Shown here in pieces: positions 27,601 through 39,303 of a stretch of DNA of 64,000 nucleotides. Numbering within the stretch: position 1 is the stretch's first letter; every line of letters begins with the position of its first letter. A model generated the notes under the pieces. The model had not been told where the DNA came from. It was given only the letters and a program-made list of their open reading frames with translations, and did no database searches. The position numbers were made by a program, and so were the translations under genes. The stretch is from Auanema rhodensis (lineage: Eukaryota; Animalia; Nematoda): positions 149,864 to 213,863 of the forward strand of contig CAXKVF010000088.1 of NCBI GenBank assembly GCA_964057225.1, given 5' to 3'.

Positions 27601-30600
27601 CGTGAAGCGAGTTACATACCAAGTGCACATCACGTGTACATTTAATTAGCATAAATTAAAGTTCACGTAAATTTCAAAGTCATGGTTACCATGCACCAAT
27701 ATCAATAAAAATTTGTTTTTAGACTAATATGGACATGGGGAATCTAATTTTGAAAACCGCATCTCTTTATCTTTTACGTGAAGCGAGTTACATACCAAGT
27801 GCACATCACGTGTACATTTAATTAGCATAAATTAAAGTTCACGTAAAATTCAAAGTCATGGTTACCATGCACCAATATCAATAAAAATTTGTTTTTAGAC
27901 TAATATGGACATGGGGAATCTAATTTTGAAAACCGCATCTCTTTATCTTTTACGTGAAGCGAGTTACATACCAAGTGCACATCACGTGTACATTTAATTA
28001 GCATAAATTAAAGTTCACGTAAATTTCAAAGTCATGGTTACCATGCACCAATATCAATAAAAATTTGTTTTTAGACTAATATGGACATGGGGAATCTAAT
28101 TTTGAAAACCGCATCTCTTTATCTTTCACGTGAAGCGAGTTACATACCAAGTGCACATCACGTGTACATTTAATTAGCATAAATTAAAGTTCACGTAAAT
28201 TTCAAAGTCATGGTTACCATGCACCAATATCAATAAAAATTTGTTTTTAGACTAATATGGACATGGGGAATCTAATTTTGAAAACCGCATCTCTTTATCT
28301 TTCACGTGAAGCGAGTTACATACCAACATCACGTGTACATTTAATTAGCATAAATTAAAGTTCACGTAAATTTCAAAGTCGTGGTTACCATGCACCAATA
28401 TCAATAAAAATTCGTTTTTAGACTAATATGGACATGGGGAATCTAATTTTGAAAACCGCATCTCTTTATCTTTCACGTGAAGCGAGTTACATACCAAGTG
28501 CACATCACGTGTACATTTAATTAGCATAAATTAAAGTTCACGTAAATTTCAAAGTCATGGTTACCATGCACCAATATCAATAAAAATTTGTTTTTAGACT
28601 AATATGGACATGGGGAATCTAATTTTGAAAACCGCATCTCTTTATCTTTCACGTGAAGCGAGTTACATACCAAGTGCACATCACGTGTACATTTAATTAG
28701 CATAAATTAAAGTTCACGTAAAATTCAAAGTCATGGTTACCATGAACCAATATCAATAAAAATTTGTTTTTAGACTAATATGGACATGGGGAATCTAATT
28801 TTAAAAACCGCATCTCTTTATCTTTCACGTGAAGCGAGTTACATACCAAGTGCACATCACGTGTACATTTAATTAGCATAAATTAAAGTTCACGTAAATT
28901 TCAAAGTCATGGTTACCATGCACCAATATCAATAAAAATTTGTTTTTAGACTAATATGGACATGGGGAATCTAATTTTGAAAACCGCATCTCTTTATCTT
29001 TCACGTGAAGCGAGTTACATACCAAGTGCACATCACGTGTACATTTAATTAGCATAAATTAAAGTTCACGTAAATTTCAAAGTCATGGTTACCATGCACC
29101 AATATCAATAAAAATTTGTTTTTAGACTAATATGGACATGGGGAATCTAATTTTGAAAACCGCATCTCTTTATCTTTCACGTGAAGCGAGTTACATACCA
29201 AGTGCACATCACGTGTACATTTAATTAGCATAAATTAAAGTTCACGTAAATTTCAAAGTCATGGTTACCATGAAGCAATATCAATAAAAATTTGTTTTTA
29301 GATTAATATGGACATGGGGAATCTAATTTTGAAAACCGCATCTCTTTATCTTTCACGTGAAGCGAGTTACATACCAAGTGCACATCACGTGTACATTTAA
29401 TTAGCATAAATTAAAGTTCACGTAAATTTCAAAGTCATGGTTACCATGAACCAATATCAATAAAAATTTGTTTTTAGACTAATATGGACATGGGGAATCT
29501 AATTTTGAAAACCGCATCTCTTTATCTTTCACGTGAAGCGAGTTACATACCAAGTGCACATCACGTGTACATTTAATTAGCATAAATTAAAGTTCACGTA
29601 AATTTCAAAGTCATGGTTACCATGCACCAATATCAATAAAAATTTGTTTTTAGACTAATATGGACATGGGGAATCTAATTTTGAAAACCGCATCTCTTTA
29701 TCTTTCACGTGAAGCGAGTTACATACCAAGTGCACATCACGTGTACATTTAATTAGCATAAATTAAAGTTCACGTAAAATTCAAAGTCATGGTTACCATG
29801 AACCAATATCAATAAAAATTTGTTTTTAGACTAATATGGACATGGGGAATCTAATTTTAAAAACCGCATCTCTTTATCTTTCACGTGAAGCGAGTTACAT
29901 ACCAAGTGCACATCACGTGTACATTTAATTAGCATAAATTAAAGTTCACGTAAATTTCAAAGTCATGGTTACCATGCACCAATATCAATAAAAATTTGTT
30001 TTTAGACTAATATGGACATGGGGAATCTAATTTTGAAAACCGCATCTCTTTATCTTTCACGTGAAGCGAGTTACATACCAAGTGCACATCACGTGTACAT
30101 TTAATTAGCATAAATTAAAGTTCACGTAAATTTCAAAGTCATGGTTACCATGCACCAATATCAATAAAAATTTGTTTTTAGACTAATATGGACATGGGGA
30201 ATCTAATTTTGAAAACCGCATCTCTTTATCTTTCACGTGAAGCGAGTTACATACCAACATCACGTGTACATTTAATTAGCATAATTTAAAGTTCACGTAA
30301 ATTTCAAAGTCGTGGTTACCATGCACCAATATCAATAAAAATTCGTTTTTAGACTAATATGGACATGGGGAATCTAATTTTGAAAACCGCATCTCTTTAT
30401 CTTTCACGTGAAGCGAGTTACATACCAAGTGCACATCACGTGTACATTTAATTAGCATAAATTAAAGTTCACGTAAATTTCAAAGTCATGGTTACCATGC
30501 ACCAATATCAATAAAAATTTGTTTTTAGACTAATATGGACATGGGGAATCTAATTTTGAAAACCGCATCTCTTTATCTTTCACGTGAAGCGAGTTACATA

Positions 30601-33600
30601 CCAAGTGCACATCACGTGTACATTTAATTAGCATAAATTAAAGTTCACGTAAAATTCAAAGTCATGGTTACCATGAACCAATATCAATAAAAATTTGTTT
30701 TTAGACTAATATGGACATGGGGAATCTAATTTTAAAAACCGCATCTCTTTATCTTTCACGTGAAGCGAGTTACATACCAAGTGCACATCACGTGTACATT
30801 TAATTAGCATAAATTAAAGTTCACGTAAATTTCAAAGTCATGGTTACCATGCACCAATATCAATAAAAATTTGTTTTTAGACTAATATGGACATGGGGAA
30901 TCTAATTTTGAAAACCGCATCTCTTTATCTTTCACGTGAAGCGAGTTACATACCAAGTGCACATCACGTGTACATTTAATTAGCATAAATTAAAGTTCAC
31001 GTAAAATTCAAAGTCATGGTTACCATGAACCAATATCAATAAAAATTTGTTTTTAGACTAATATGGACATGGGGAATCTAATTTTAAAAACCGCATCTCT
31101 TTATCTTTCACGTGAAGCGAGTTACATACCAAGTGCACATCACGTGTACATTTAATTAGCATAAATTAAAGTTCACGTAAATTTCAAAGTCATGGTTACC
31201 ATGCACCAATATCAATAAAAATTTGTTTTTAGACTAATATGGACATGGGGAATCTAATTTTGAAAACCGCATCTCTTTATCTTTCACGTGAAGCGAGTTA
31301 CATACCAAGTGCACATCACGTGTACATTTAATTAGCATAAATTAAAGTTCACGTAAATTTCAAAGTCATGGTTACCATGCACCAATATCAATAAAAATTT
31401 GTTTTTAGACTAATATGGACATGGGGAATCTAATTTTGAAAACCGCATCTCTTTATCTTTCACGTGAAGCGAGTTACATACCAAGTGCACATCACGTGTA
31501 CATTTAATTAGCATAAATTAAAGTTCACGTAAATTTCAAAGTCATGGTTACCATGAAGCAATATCAATAAAAATTTGTTTTTAGATTAATATGGACATGG
31601 GGAATCTAATTTTAAAAACCGCATCTCTTTATCTTTCACGTGAAGCGAGTTACATACCAAGTGCACATCACGTGTACATTTAATTAGCATAAATTAAAGT
31701 TCACGTAAATTTCAAAGTCATGGTTACCATGAACCAATATCAATAAAAATTTGTTTTTAGACTAATATGGACATGGGGAATCTAATTTTGAAAACCGCAT
31801 CTCTTTATCTTTCACGTGAAGCGAGTTACATACCAAGTGCACATCACGTGTACATTTAATTAGCATAAATTAAAGTTCACGTAAATTTCAAAGTCATGGT
31901 TACCATGCACCAATATCAATAAAAATTTGTTTTTAGACTAATATGGACATGGGGAATCTAATTTTGAAAACCGCATCTCTTTATCTTTCACGTGAAGCGA
32001 GTTACATACCAAGTGCACATCACGTGTACATTTAATTAGCATAAATTAAAGTTCACGTAAAATTCAAAGTCATGGTTACCATGAACCAATATCAATAAAA
32101 ATTTGTTTTTAGACTAATATGGACATGGGGAATCTAATTTTAAAAACCGCATCTCTTTATCTTTCACGTGAAGCGAGTTACATACCAAGTGCACATCACG
32201 TGTACATTTAATTAGCATAAATTAAAGTTCACGTAAATTTCAAAGTCATGGTTACCATGCACCAATATCAATAAAAATTTGTTTTTAGACTAATATGGAC
32301 ATGGGGAATCTAATTTTGAAAACCGCATCTCTTTATCTTTCACGTGAAGCGAGTTACATACCAAGTGCACATCACGTGTACATTTAATTAGCATAAATTA
32401 AAGTTCACGTAAATTTCAAAGTCATGGTTACCATGCACCAATATCAATAAAAATTTGTTTTTAGACTAATATGGACATGGGGAATCTAATTTTGAAAACC
32501 GCATCTCTTTATCTTTCACGTGAAGCGAGTTACATACCAAGTGCACATCACGTGTACATTTAATTAGCATAAATTAAAGTTCACGTAAATTTCAAAGTCA
32601 TGGTTACCATGAAGCAATATCAATAAAAATTTGTTTTTAGACTAATATGGAAATGGGGAATCTAATTTTGAAAACCGCATCTCTTTATCTTTCACGTGAA
32701 GCGAGTTACATACCAAGTGCACATCACGTGTACATTTAATTAGCATAAATTAAAGTTCACGTAAATTTCAAAGTCATGGTTACCATGAAGCAATATCAAT
32801 AAAAATTTGTTTTTAGACTAATATGGACATGGAAAATCTAATTTTGAAAACCGCATCTCTTTATCTTTCACGTGAAGCGAGTTACATACCAAGTGCACAT
32901 CACGTGTACATTTAATTAGCATAAATTAAAGTTCACGTAAATTTCAAAGTCATGGTTACCATGAACCAATATCAATAAAAATTTGTTTTTAGACTAATAT
33001 GGACATGGGGAATCTAATTTTGAAAACCGCATCTCTTTATCTTTCACGTGAAGCGAGTTACATACCAAGTGCACATCACGTGTACATTTAATTAGCATAA
33101 ATTAAAGTTCACGTAAATTTCAAAGTCATGGTTACCATGAACCAATATCAATAAAAATTTGTTTTTAGACTAATATGGACATGGGGAATCTAATTTTGAA
33201 AACCGCATCTCTTTATCTTTCACGTGAAGCGAGTTACATACCAAGTGCACATCACGTGTACATTTAATTAGCATAAATTAAAGTTCACGTAAATTTCAAA
33301 GTCATGGTTACCATGCACCAATATCAATAAAAATTTGTTTTTAGACTAATATGGACATGGGGAATCTAATTTTGAAAACCGCATCTCTTTATCTTTCACG
33401 TGAAGCGAGTTACATACCAAGTGCACATCACGTGTACATTTAATTAGCATAAATTAAAGTTCACGTAAAATTCAAAGTCATGGTTACCATGAACCAATAT
33501 CAATAAAAATTTGTTTTTAGACTAATATGGACATGGGGAATCTAATTTTAAAAACCGCATCTCTTTATCTTTCACGTGAAGCGAGTTACATACCAAGTGC

Positions 33601-35369
33601 ACATCACGTGTACATTTAATTAGCATAAATTAAAGTTCACGTAAATTTCAAAGTCATGGTTACCATGCACCAATATCAATAAAAATTTGTTTTTAGACTA
33701 ATATGGACATGGGGAATCTAATTTTGAAAACCGCATCTCTTTATCTTTCACGTGAAGCGAGTTACATACCAAGTGCACATCACGTGTACATTTAATTAGC
33801 ATAAATTAAAGTTCACGTAAATTTCAAAGTCATGGTTACCATGCACCAATATCAATAAAAATTTGTTTTTAGACTAATATGGACATGGGGAATCTAATTT
33901 TGAAAACCGCATCTTTTTATCTTTCACGTGAAGCGAGTTACATACCAAGTGCACATCACGTGTACATTTAATTAGCATAAATTAAAGTTCACGTAAATTT
34001 CAAAGTCATGGTTACCATGAAGCAATATCAATAAAAATTTGTTTTTAGACTAATATGGAAATGGGGAATCTAATTTTGAAAACCGCATCTCTTTATCTTT
34101 CACGTGAAGCGAGTTACATACCAAGTGCACATCACGTGTACATTTAATTAGCATAAATTAAAGTTCACGTAAATTTCAAAGTCATGGTTACCATGAAGCA
34201 ATATCAATAAAAATTTGTTTTTAGACTAATATGGACATGGAAAATCTAATTTTGAAAACCGCATCTCTTTATCTTTCACGTGAAGCGAGTTACATACCAA
34301 GTGCACATCACGTGTACATTTAATTAGCATAAATTAAAGTTCACGTAAATTTCAAAGTCATGGTTACCATGAACCAATATCAATAAAAATTTGTTTTTAG
34401 ACTAATATGGACATGGGGAATCTAATTTTGAAAACCGCATCTCTTTATCTTTCACGTGAAGCGAGTTACATACCAAGTGCACATCACGTGTACATTTAAT
34501 TAGCATAAATTAAAGTTCACGTAAATTTCAAAGTCATGGTTACCATGCACCAATATCAATAAAAATTTGTTTTTAGACTAATATGGACATGGGGAATCTA
34601 ATTTTGAAAACCGCATCTCTTTATCTTTCACGTGAAGCGAGTTACATACCAAGTGCACATCACGTGTACATTTAATTAGCATAAATTAAAGTTCACGTAA
34701 AATTCAAAGTCATGGTTACCATGCACCAATATCAATAAAAATTTGTTTTTAGACTAATATGGACATGGGGAATCTAATTTTGAAAACCGCATCTCTTTAT
34801 CTTTTACGTGAAGCGAGTTACATACCAAGTGCACATCACGTGTACATTTAATTAGCATAAATTAAAGTTCACGTAAATTTCAAAGTCATGGTTACCATGC
34901 ACCAATATCAATAAAAATTTGTTTTTAGACTAATATGGACATGGGGAATCTAATTTTGAAAACCGCATCTCTTTATCTTTCACGTGAAGCGAGTTACATA
35001 CCAAGTGCACATCACGTGTACATTTAATTAGCATAAATTAAAGTTCACGTAAATTTCAAAGTCATGGTTACCATGCACCAATATCAATAAAAATTTGTTT
35101 TTAGACTAATATGGACATGGGGAATCTAATTTTGAAAACCGCATCTCTTTATCTTTCACGTGAAGCGAGTTACATACCAAGTGCACATCACGTGTACATT
35201 TAATTAGCATAAATTAAAGTTCACGTAAATTTCAAAGTCATGGTTACCATGAAGCAATATCAATAAAAATTTGTTTTTAGACTAATATGGAAATGGGGAA
35301 TCTAATTTTGAAAACCGCATCTCTTTATCTTTCACGTGAAGCGGGTTACATACCAAGTGCACATCACGT
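18677..35369. repeat. 176-bp satellite array, block 2 (~95 monomers)
   Basis: Same monomer and orientation; two monomers carry a 5-bp deletion (near 28326 and 30257). Confidence 0.99.
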
Positions 35370-35372
35370 CAC

Positions 35373-35547
35373 GAATTATCTTCCTTTTGAAATTATCTTC
35401 CTTTTGAATTGATCTTCCTTTTGAAATTATCTTCCTTTTGAATTGATCTTCCTTTTGAAATTATCTTCCTTTTGAAATTATCTTCCTTTTGAAATTATCT
35501 TCCTTTTGAAATTATCTTCCTTTTGAAATTATCTTCCTTTTGAAATT
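35373..35547. repeat. 10 x 17-bp tandem repeat GAAATTATCTTCCTTTT at the 5' truncation point
   Basis: Units start at 35373, 35389, 35406 and onward to 35525; two are GAATTGATCTTCCTTTT variants; the unit is ORF1 coding sequence (YLPFEI). Confidence 0.97.
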
Positions 35548-35988
35548 CAACTGGAAAACAACCTTCGCGAGGAAGCAAAAGAAAAAAACAAAAACAACAC
35601 TAAGTCTGTCTTTTTGGTACGAGATCTTCGACTTATTGAAGTTTCCCGCAATCCAGCCGATCCTCCAAACCCTCAAATAGCTCCCACTTCTTCTTGTAAT
35701 CAAACTCCTAAAATACCATCTATTCACAACGTTCCATTACCAACACTCCATTCTCAAACTCTCACATCCCCAACTCTTTTTTCTAGCCCCCCTTGTAAAT
35801 CTGGTAGAATGAGCCGGTCGAAGGAAAGACAGAACCGCACGTCAAAAGACAAGCGTTCTTCTGTTAGCCCAAGACGTCGCAAAAATCCACCACGATCCGC
35901 AAAATTAACCACAGATCAAATTACCAGATCTGTTAGCATGAACAATACATCTCAACGTCTCACGTCTGACAAAATGTCCTTTCGTTAA
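35530..35988 (+). pseudogene. ORF1 C-terminal remnant of element 2
   Basis: YLPFEIQLENNLREEAK...FLVRDLRLIEV...SSPPCKSGR...SPRRRKNPPR...SFR* matches element 1 ORF1. Confidence 0.88.
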
Positions 35989-38809
35989 CACTGTCACGTC
36001 TTCAACCCCCCCTGTCTCACATCCTACCAGCCTCTCAGTTCAGTGTCTTAATGCACGTTCTATTCTTAACAAACTTCATATACTATCCCACGTTATTTCT
36101 TTATCCACTCCTGATATAATTGCAATATCAGAATCATGGCTTTTTCCTGAGTTCGATACCCACCTACTCCCATGTAAACATACTTACACTATTTTTAGAG
36201 CCGATAGGTGTCTCTCACGTGGTGGTGGTGTTGTCCTCTATATTAAAAGTCATATCAAACCTTTTCTTCTTTCCTGTTCTTCTCCTCAATCTTCTATACA
36301 ATTCATTAACTTACTCATACCTTCACTTAATGCTGTTTTCTCACTTTGTTATCGTCCTCCAACAGCTTCTCATTCAGATTTCATTTCGTTTCTTTCTGAT
36401 CTACGTAAACAAATTTCCAAACGATCGTTCTTCCTAACGGGCGATCTTAATTTTCCTAAAATCAACTGGGACCTCGGTATTTGCTCTCAACCATGCTCCT
36501 CTAGTAGATCTATTCTTCAATTTCTTAACGATAGCTGTTCTCATCAGTTGGTAAAGTTCCCTACCAGAGGCAAGAACATTCTTGATTATGTTATCACTGA
36601 TAACATATCCAGTGTAGGCAACATATCCCGTTCTTCCCCCCTCGGCTCCTCGGATCACCATTCTGTGGTTTTCCAAATTGTTTCAGACTCTTTTCAGTTA
36701 GCTAATACAATCAGCTCTTCTAATACTTTGTCTCCGGTAGCATTACCTATGTTTTCTGATCGCAATTTTCAAGTTGCTGACTACAATCTCATCAATCATA
36801 GACTAGCCAAAATTGATTTCGCTAATCATCTCTCCGGTCTCACTCCTTTAGATTCTTACTCTAAACTTGTTCACATTCTTCACTCGGTCATTGATAGCTG
36901 CGTTCCCAAAAAACAAGAAAGAAGAAAAAAGAAGATTGACCGAGATATTTTAAAACTCTCATCTCATATAAAAAAACTCAGTTGTTCTTATCATCATCAT
37001 GATGAATCTCGTCGTAAAAAACTTTCACATTCTCTTGATAAACTTATCAAGAATAGATTGGCTTTGGAAGAGGAACGTATTGCCAACTATAATAATTCAA
37101 AACTTCTTTACCGCTTTTGCAGAACCCGTTTGGGTGGCAGCACTTCAGATATCCCAAATCTCAAAATAGATAATGATTCTGTTTCGTCTGATTCTGACAA
37201 AGCTTCTATCTTTGCTACTACCTTCTCTGTTCGCCCCCTTCCTATCTCTCTACCACATGCTCCTCATTCCTTTTCTTCTACTATTATCGACTTTATTGAT
37301 GTCTCCCCTCTCAACGTTCACAAAATTCTCTGTCAGTTACCTCTTCGGGTATCAACATCCCCAGACGGAATCCCTTATTTCTTCCTAAAAAATTGTGCTT
37401 CTACTCTCTCTCAGCCTCTGGCCTTTGTTTTCCACAATCTACTTGTTTCCTCCTCTTGCCCTCCTGACTGGAAAACAGCTTGGATTCGTCCCGTTCATAA
37501 ATCAGGACTTTCTTCTAACCCGGCTAATTATCGTCCTATTTCTCTCACATCCAGTCTATCTAAAGTTTTTGAACGTCTCCTTCGTTCACCTCTTCTTGAC
37601 TTTGGTATTTCCTCCGGCTTTATTTCTCCTAATCAGTTTGCTTTTCTTCCAAAACGCAATACTGTATCAGCAATTCTTAGTAGTCATGTTCTCTGGAGAT
37701 CTGCTGTAGACAAGAAAAAACCTGTTTATGTTGCCTTTATTGACTTTTCTAAGGCTTTTGATCTCATAAATCATTCCGTTCTGTTAGCTAAATTAAAATC
37801 AATTGGCATTGCCGGCTGTATTCTCACTTTTCTCAAAAACTTCATTACTAATAGATCTTTCTCTGTATTAGTTAATTACTCTCTATCCGTCACAAATTCT
37901 TTGCCCTGTGGAGTTCCACAGGGGACAGTACTGGGTCCTCTTCTTTTTTTATTTTATATAAATGATATTACATCAAATTTACCTGATGATGTACATCCAA
38001 CTCTTTATGCAGACGATCTTAAACTAAGCAGCACAAATCCGGTAAGTTTACAACTAGCTTTGAATATTCTCAAAAACTGGTGTCTATCTAACGGTATGAA
38101 AGTTAATACTTCCAAATCCAAAGTTATGATTATATCGAGTACCACTACACCAAGAACAAACACAATTTTCAAATTTGGAGACATTTCTTTAGCTACAGTA
38201 TCATCATATAAAGATCTAGGTGTGTGTACAGACTATAATCTCTCTTTTAACAGTCATATAGACAGAATTTCTAACATTGCTGCTCACAAATGTCGTGTTA
38301 TTTTGCGTTGTTTTTACTCAAGATCACCAACTTTGATGTTCAAACTTTTTTGCTGCTATATCCGACCAATTTTAGAATATGCTTCAGTTGTATGGTCTCC
38401 TCAGAATAACAAAGATAAAGCGCGCATTGAGTCTGTCCAAAAAAAGTTTTTAAACGCTATTTTTAAGAGAGCCGAAATAGCTTTGGATTACAAGAACCAG
38501 CTATTGTTTCTTGGAGCCGAGGAGCTAACGTTTAGAAGACTACTAATTGATCTCGTTTTTTATCATAATCAGATTACTAAAAATGTTCCAGAAAACAACC
38601 TTAACTTTTTTACTACCAAGCACTATGCTCATTCACTACGTAGACATCTATGGAATGTTGAATACCCTGATCTTTGGAAGAGCGAAACAAGAACTGGAAT
38701 AGAATACAGAGCTATTCAAATCTGGAACACACTCCCTGAAAACATCGTTCAACTAAGAAACACTTCCAGCTTCAGAAAACATCTTTCTATTAATCTTAAC
38801 AATATTTAA
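35942..38809 (+). CDS. ORF2: apurinic-like endonuclease + reverse transcriptase, intact; no initiator ATG
   Basis: Manual translation shows the frame open from 35942 (after TGA) through CLNARSILNKLH, ISESWL, YRPP, GDLNFP into the 753-aa track ORF (YADD); first in-frame ATG is at 36749. Confidence 0.95.
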   Translation, partial: TIHLNVSRLTKCPFVNTVTSSTPPVSHPTSLSVQCLNARSILNKLHILSHVISLSTPDIIAISESWLFPEFDTHLLPCKHTYTIFRADRCLSRGGGVVLYIKSHIKPFLLSCSSPQSSIQFINLLIPSLNAVFSLCYRPPTASHSDFISFLSDLRKQISKRSFFLTGDLNFPKINWDLGICSQPCSSSRSILQFLNDSCSHQLVKFPTRGKNILDYVITDNISSVGNISRSSPLGSSDHHSVVFQIVSDSFQLANTISSSNTLSPVALPMFSDRNFQVADYNLINHRLAKIDFANHLSGLTPLDSYSKLVHILHSVIDSCVPKKQERRKKKIDRDILKLSSHIKKLSCSYHHHDESRRKKLSHSLDKLIKNRLALEEERIANYNNSKLLYRFCRTRLGGSTSDIPNLKIDNDSVSSDSDKASIFATTFSVRPLPISLPHAPHSFSSTIIDFIDVSPLNVHKILCQLPLRVSTSPDGIPYFFLKNCASTLSQPLAFVFHNLLVSSSCPPDWKTAWIRPVHKSGLSSNPANYRPISLTSSLSKVFERLLRSPLLDFGISSGFISPNQFAFLPKRNTVSAILSSHVLWRSAVDKKKPVYVAFIDFSKAFDLINHSVLLAKLKSIGIAGCILTFLKNFITNRSFSVLVNYSLSVTNSLPCGVPQGTVLGPLLFLFYINDITSNLPDDVHPTLYADDLKLSSTNPVSLQLALNILKNWCLSNGMKVNTSKSKVMIISSTTTPRTNTIFKFGDISLATVSSYKDLGVCTDYNLSFNSHIDRISNIAAHKCRVILRCFYSRSPTLMFKLFCCYIRPILEYASVVWSPQNNKDKARIESVQKKFLNAIFKRAEIALDYKNQLLFLGAEELTFRRLLIDLVFYHNQITKNVPENNLNFFTTKHYAHSLRRHLWNVEYPDLWKSETRTGIEYRAIQIWNTLPENIVQLRNTSSFRKHLSINLNNI
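35977..35988 (+). promoter_or_regulatory. Putative +1 ribosomal frameshift site TCC_TTT_CGT_TAA
   Basis: Last ORF1 codons plus stop; ORF2 is in the +1 frame and lacks an upstream ATG. Confidence 0.78.
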
Positions 38810-38923
38810 CCTTTCTCTGTTATTGTAACTTGAAATCTTGTTTATGTATATTCTTCTATTTACAAGCATTTAAGCCTCAAGCTATGTTAAAGTTAGACAG
38901 TTCCCTAGTTTACCTCTGAGACC

Positions 38924-39071
38924 TGTTACTACGTATTTTATCCTATAGACATTAGTCATACGGATAGAACGATAGTTACCTCTTGCTGTCAGAACGGGCT
39001 TGACTCACATCAAGAGTTCCACCGTACCTGTCAGAATACTATAGAGGTCAGTGATCTACACTGAACAAATC
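38924..39071 (+). other. Conserved structured RNA domain in the 3' UTR of element 2
   Basis: Covarying stems relative to 13713-13867 (minus strand). Confidence 0.7.
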
Positions 39072-39303
39072 AACTCTTCTTTATCAAACTAGAACTGTTT
39101 CGAAACCTTAACAAACAAGTAGTGCTGCTCGCTATCATTGTAAAAGAAAATATGCTGAACCTGTTTCTTGTACATATATTTTTTTAGTCAATTATTACAA
39201 GTATGTTTGTATTGTAAGGTTCTTTTGAATATCTGCAATTTTCCCGATTTATTAACCTTGTTTTCCGATTATAACCTGTGATTCGAACAATAAACCCGTT
39301 CAA

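Larger units (their letters stand above)
35370..39303 (+). mobile_element. Non-LTR retrotransposon (LINE, CR1-like group), 5'-truncated within ORF1, element 2
   Basis: Partial ORF1, intact ORF2, ~490-nt 3' UTR; candidate TSD ACGT (35366-35369 / 39304-39307); homologous to but diverged from element 1. Confidence 0.95.

Noticed and set aside
36548-36550. Track start of element 2 ORF2, implying a truncated endonuclease
   Set aside because: It is only the TTG chosen by the track; the frame is open from 35942 and encodes the full EN domain
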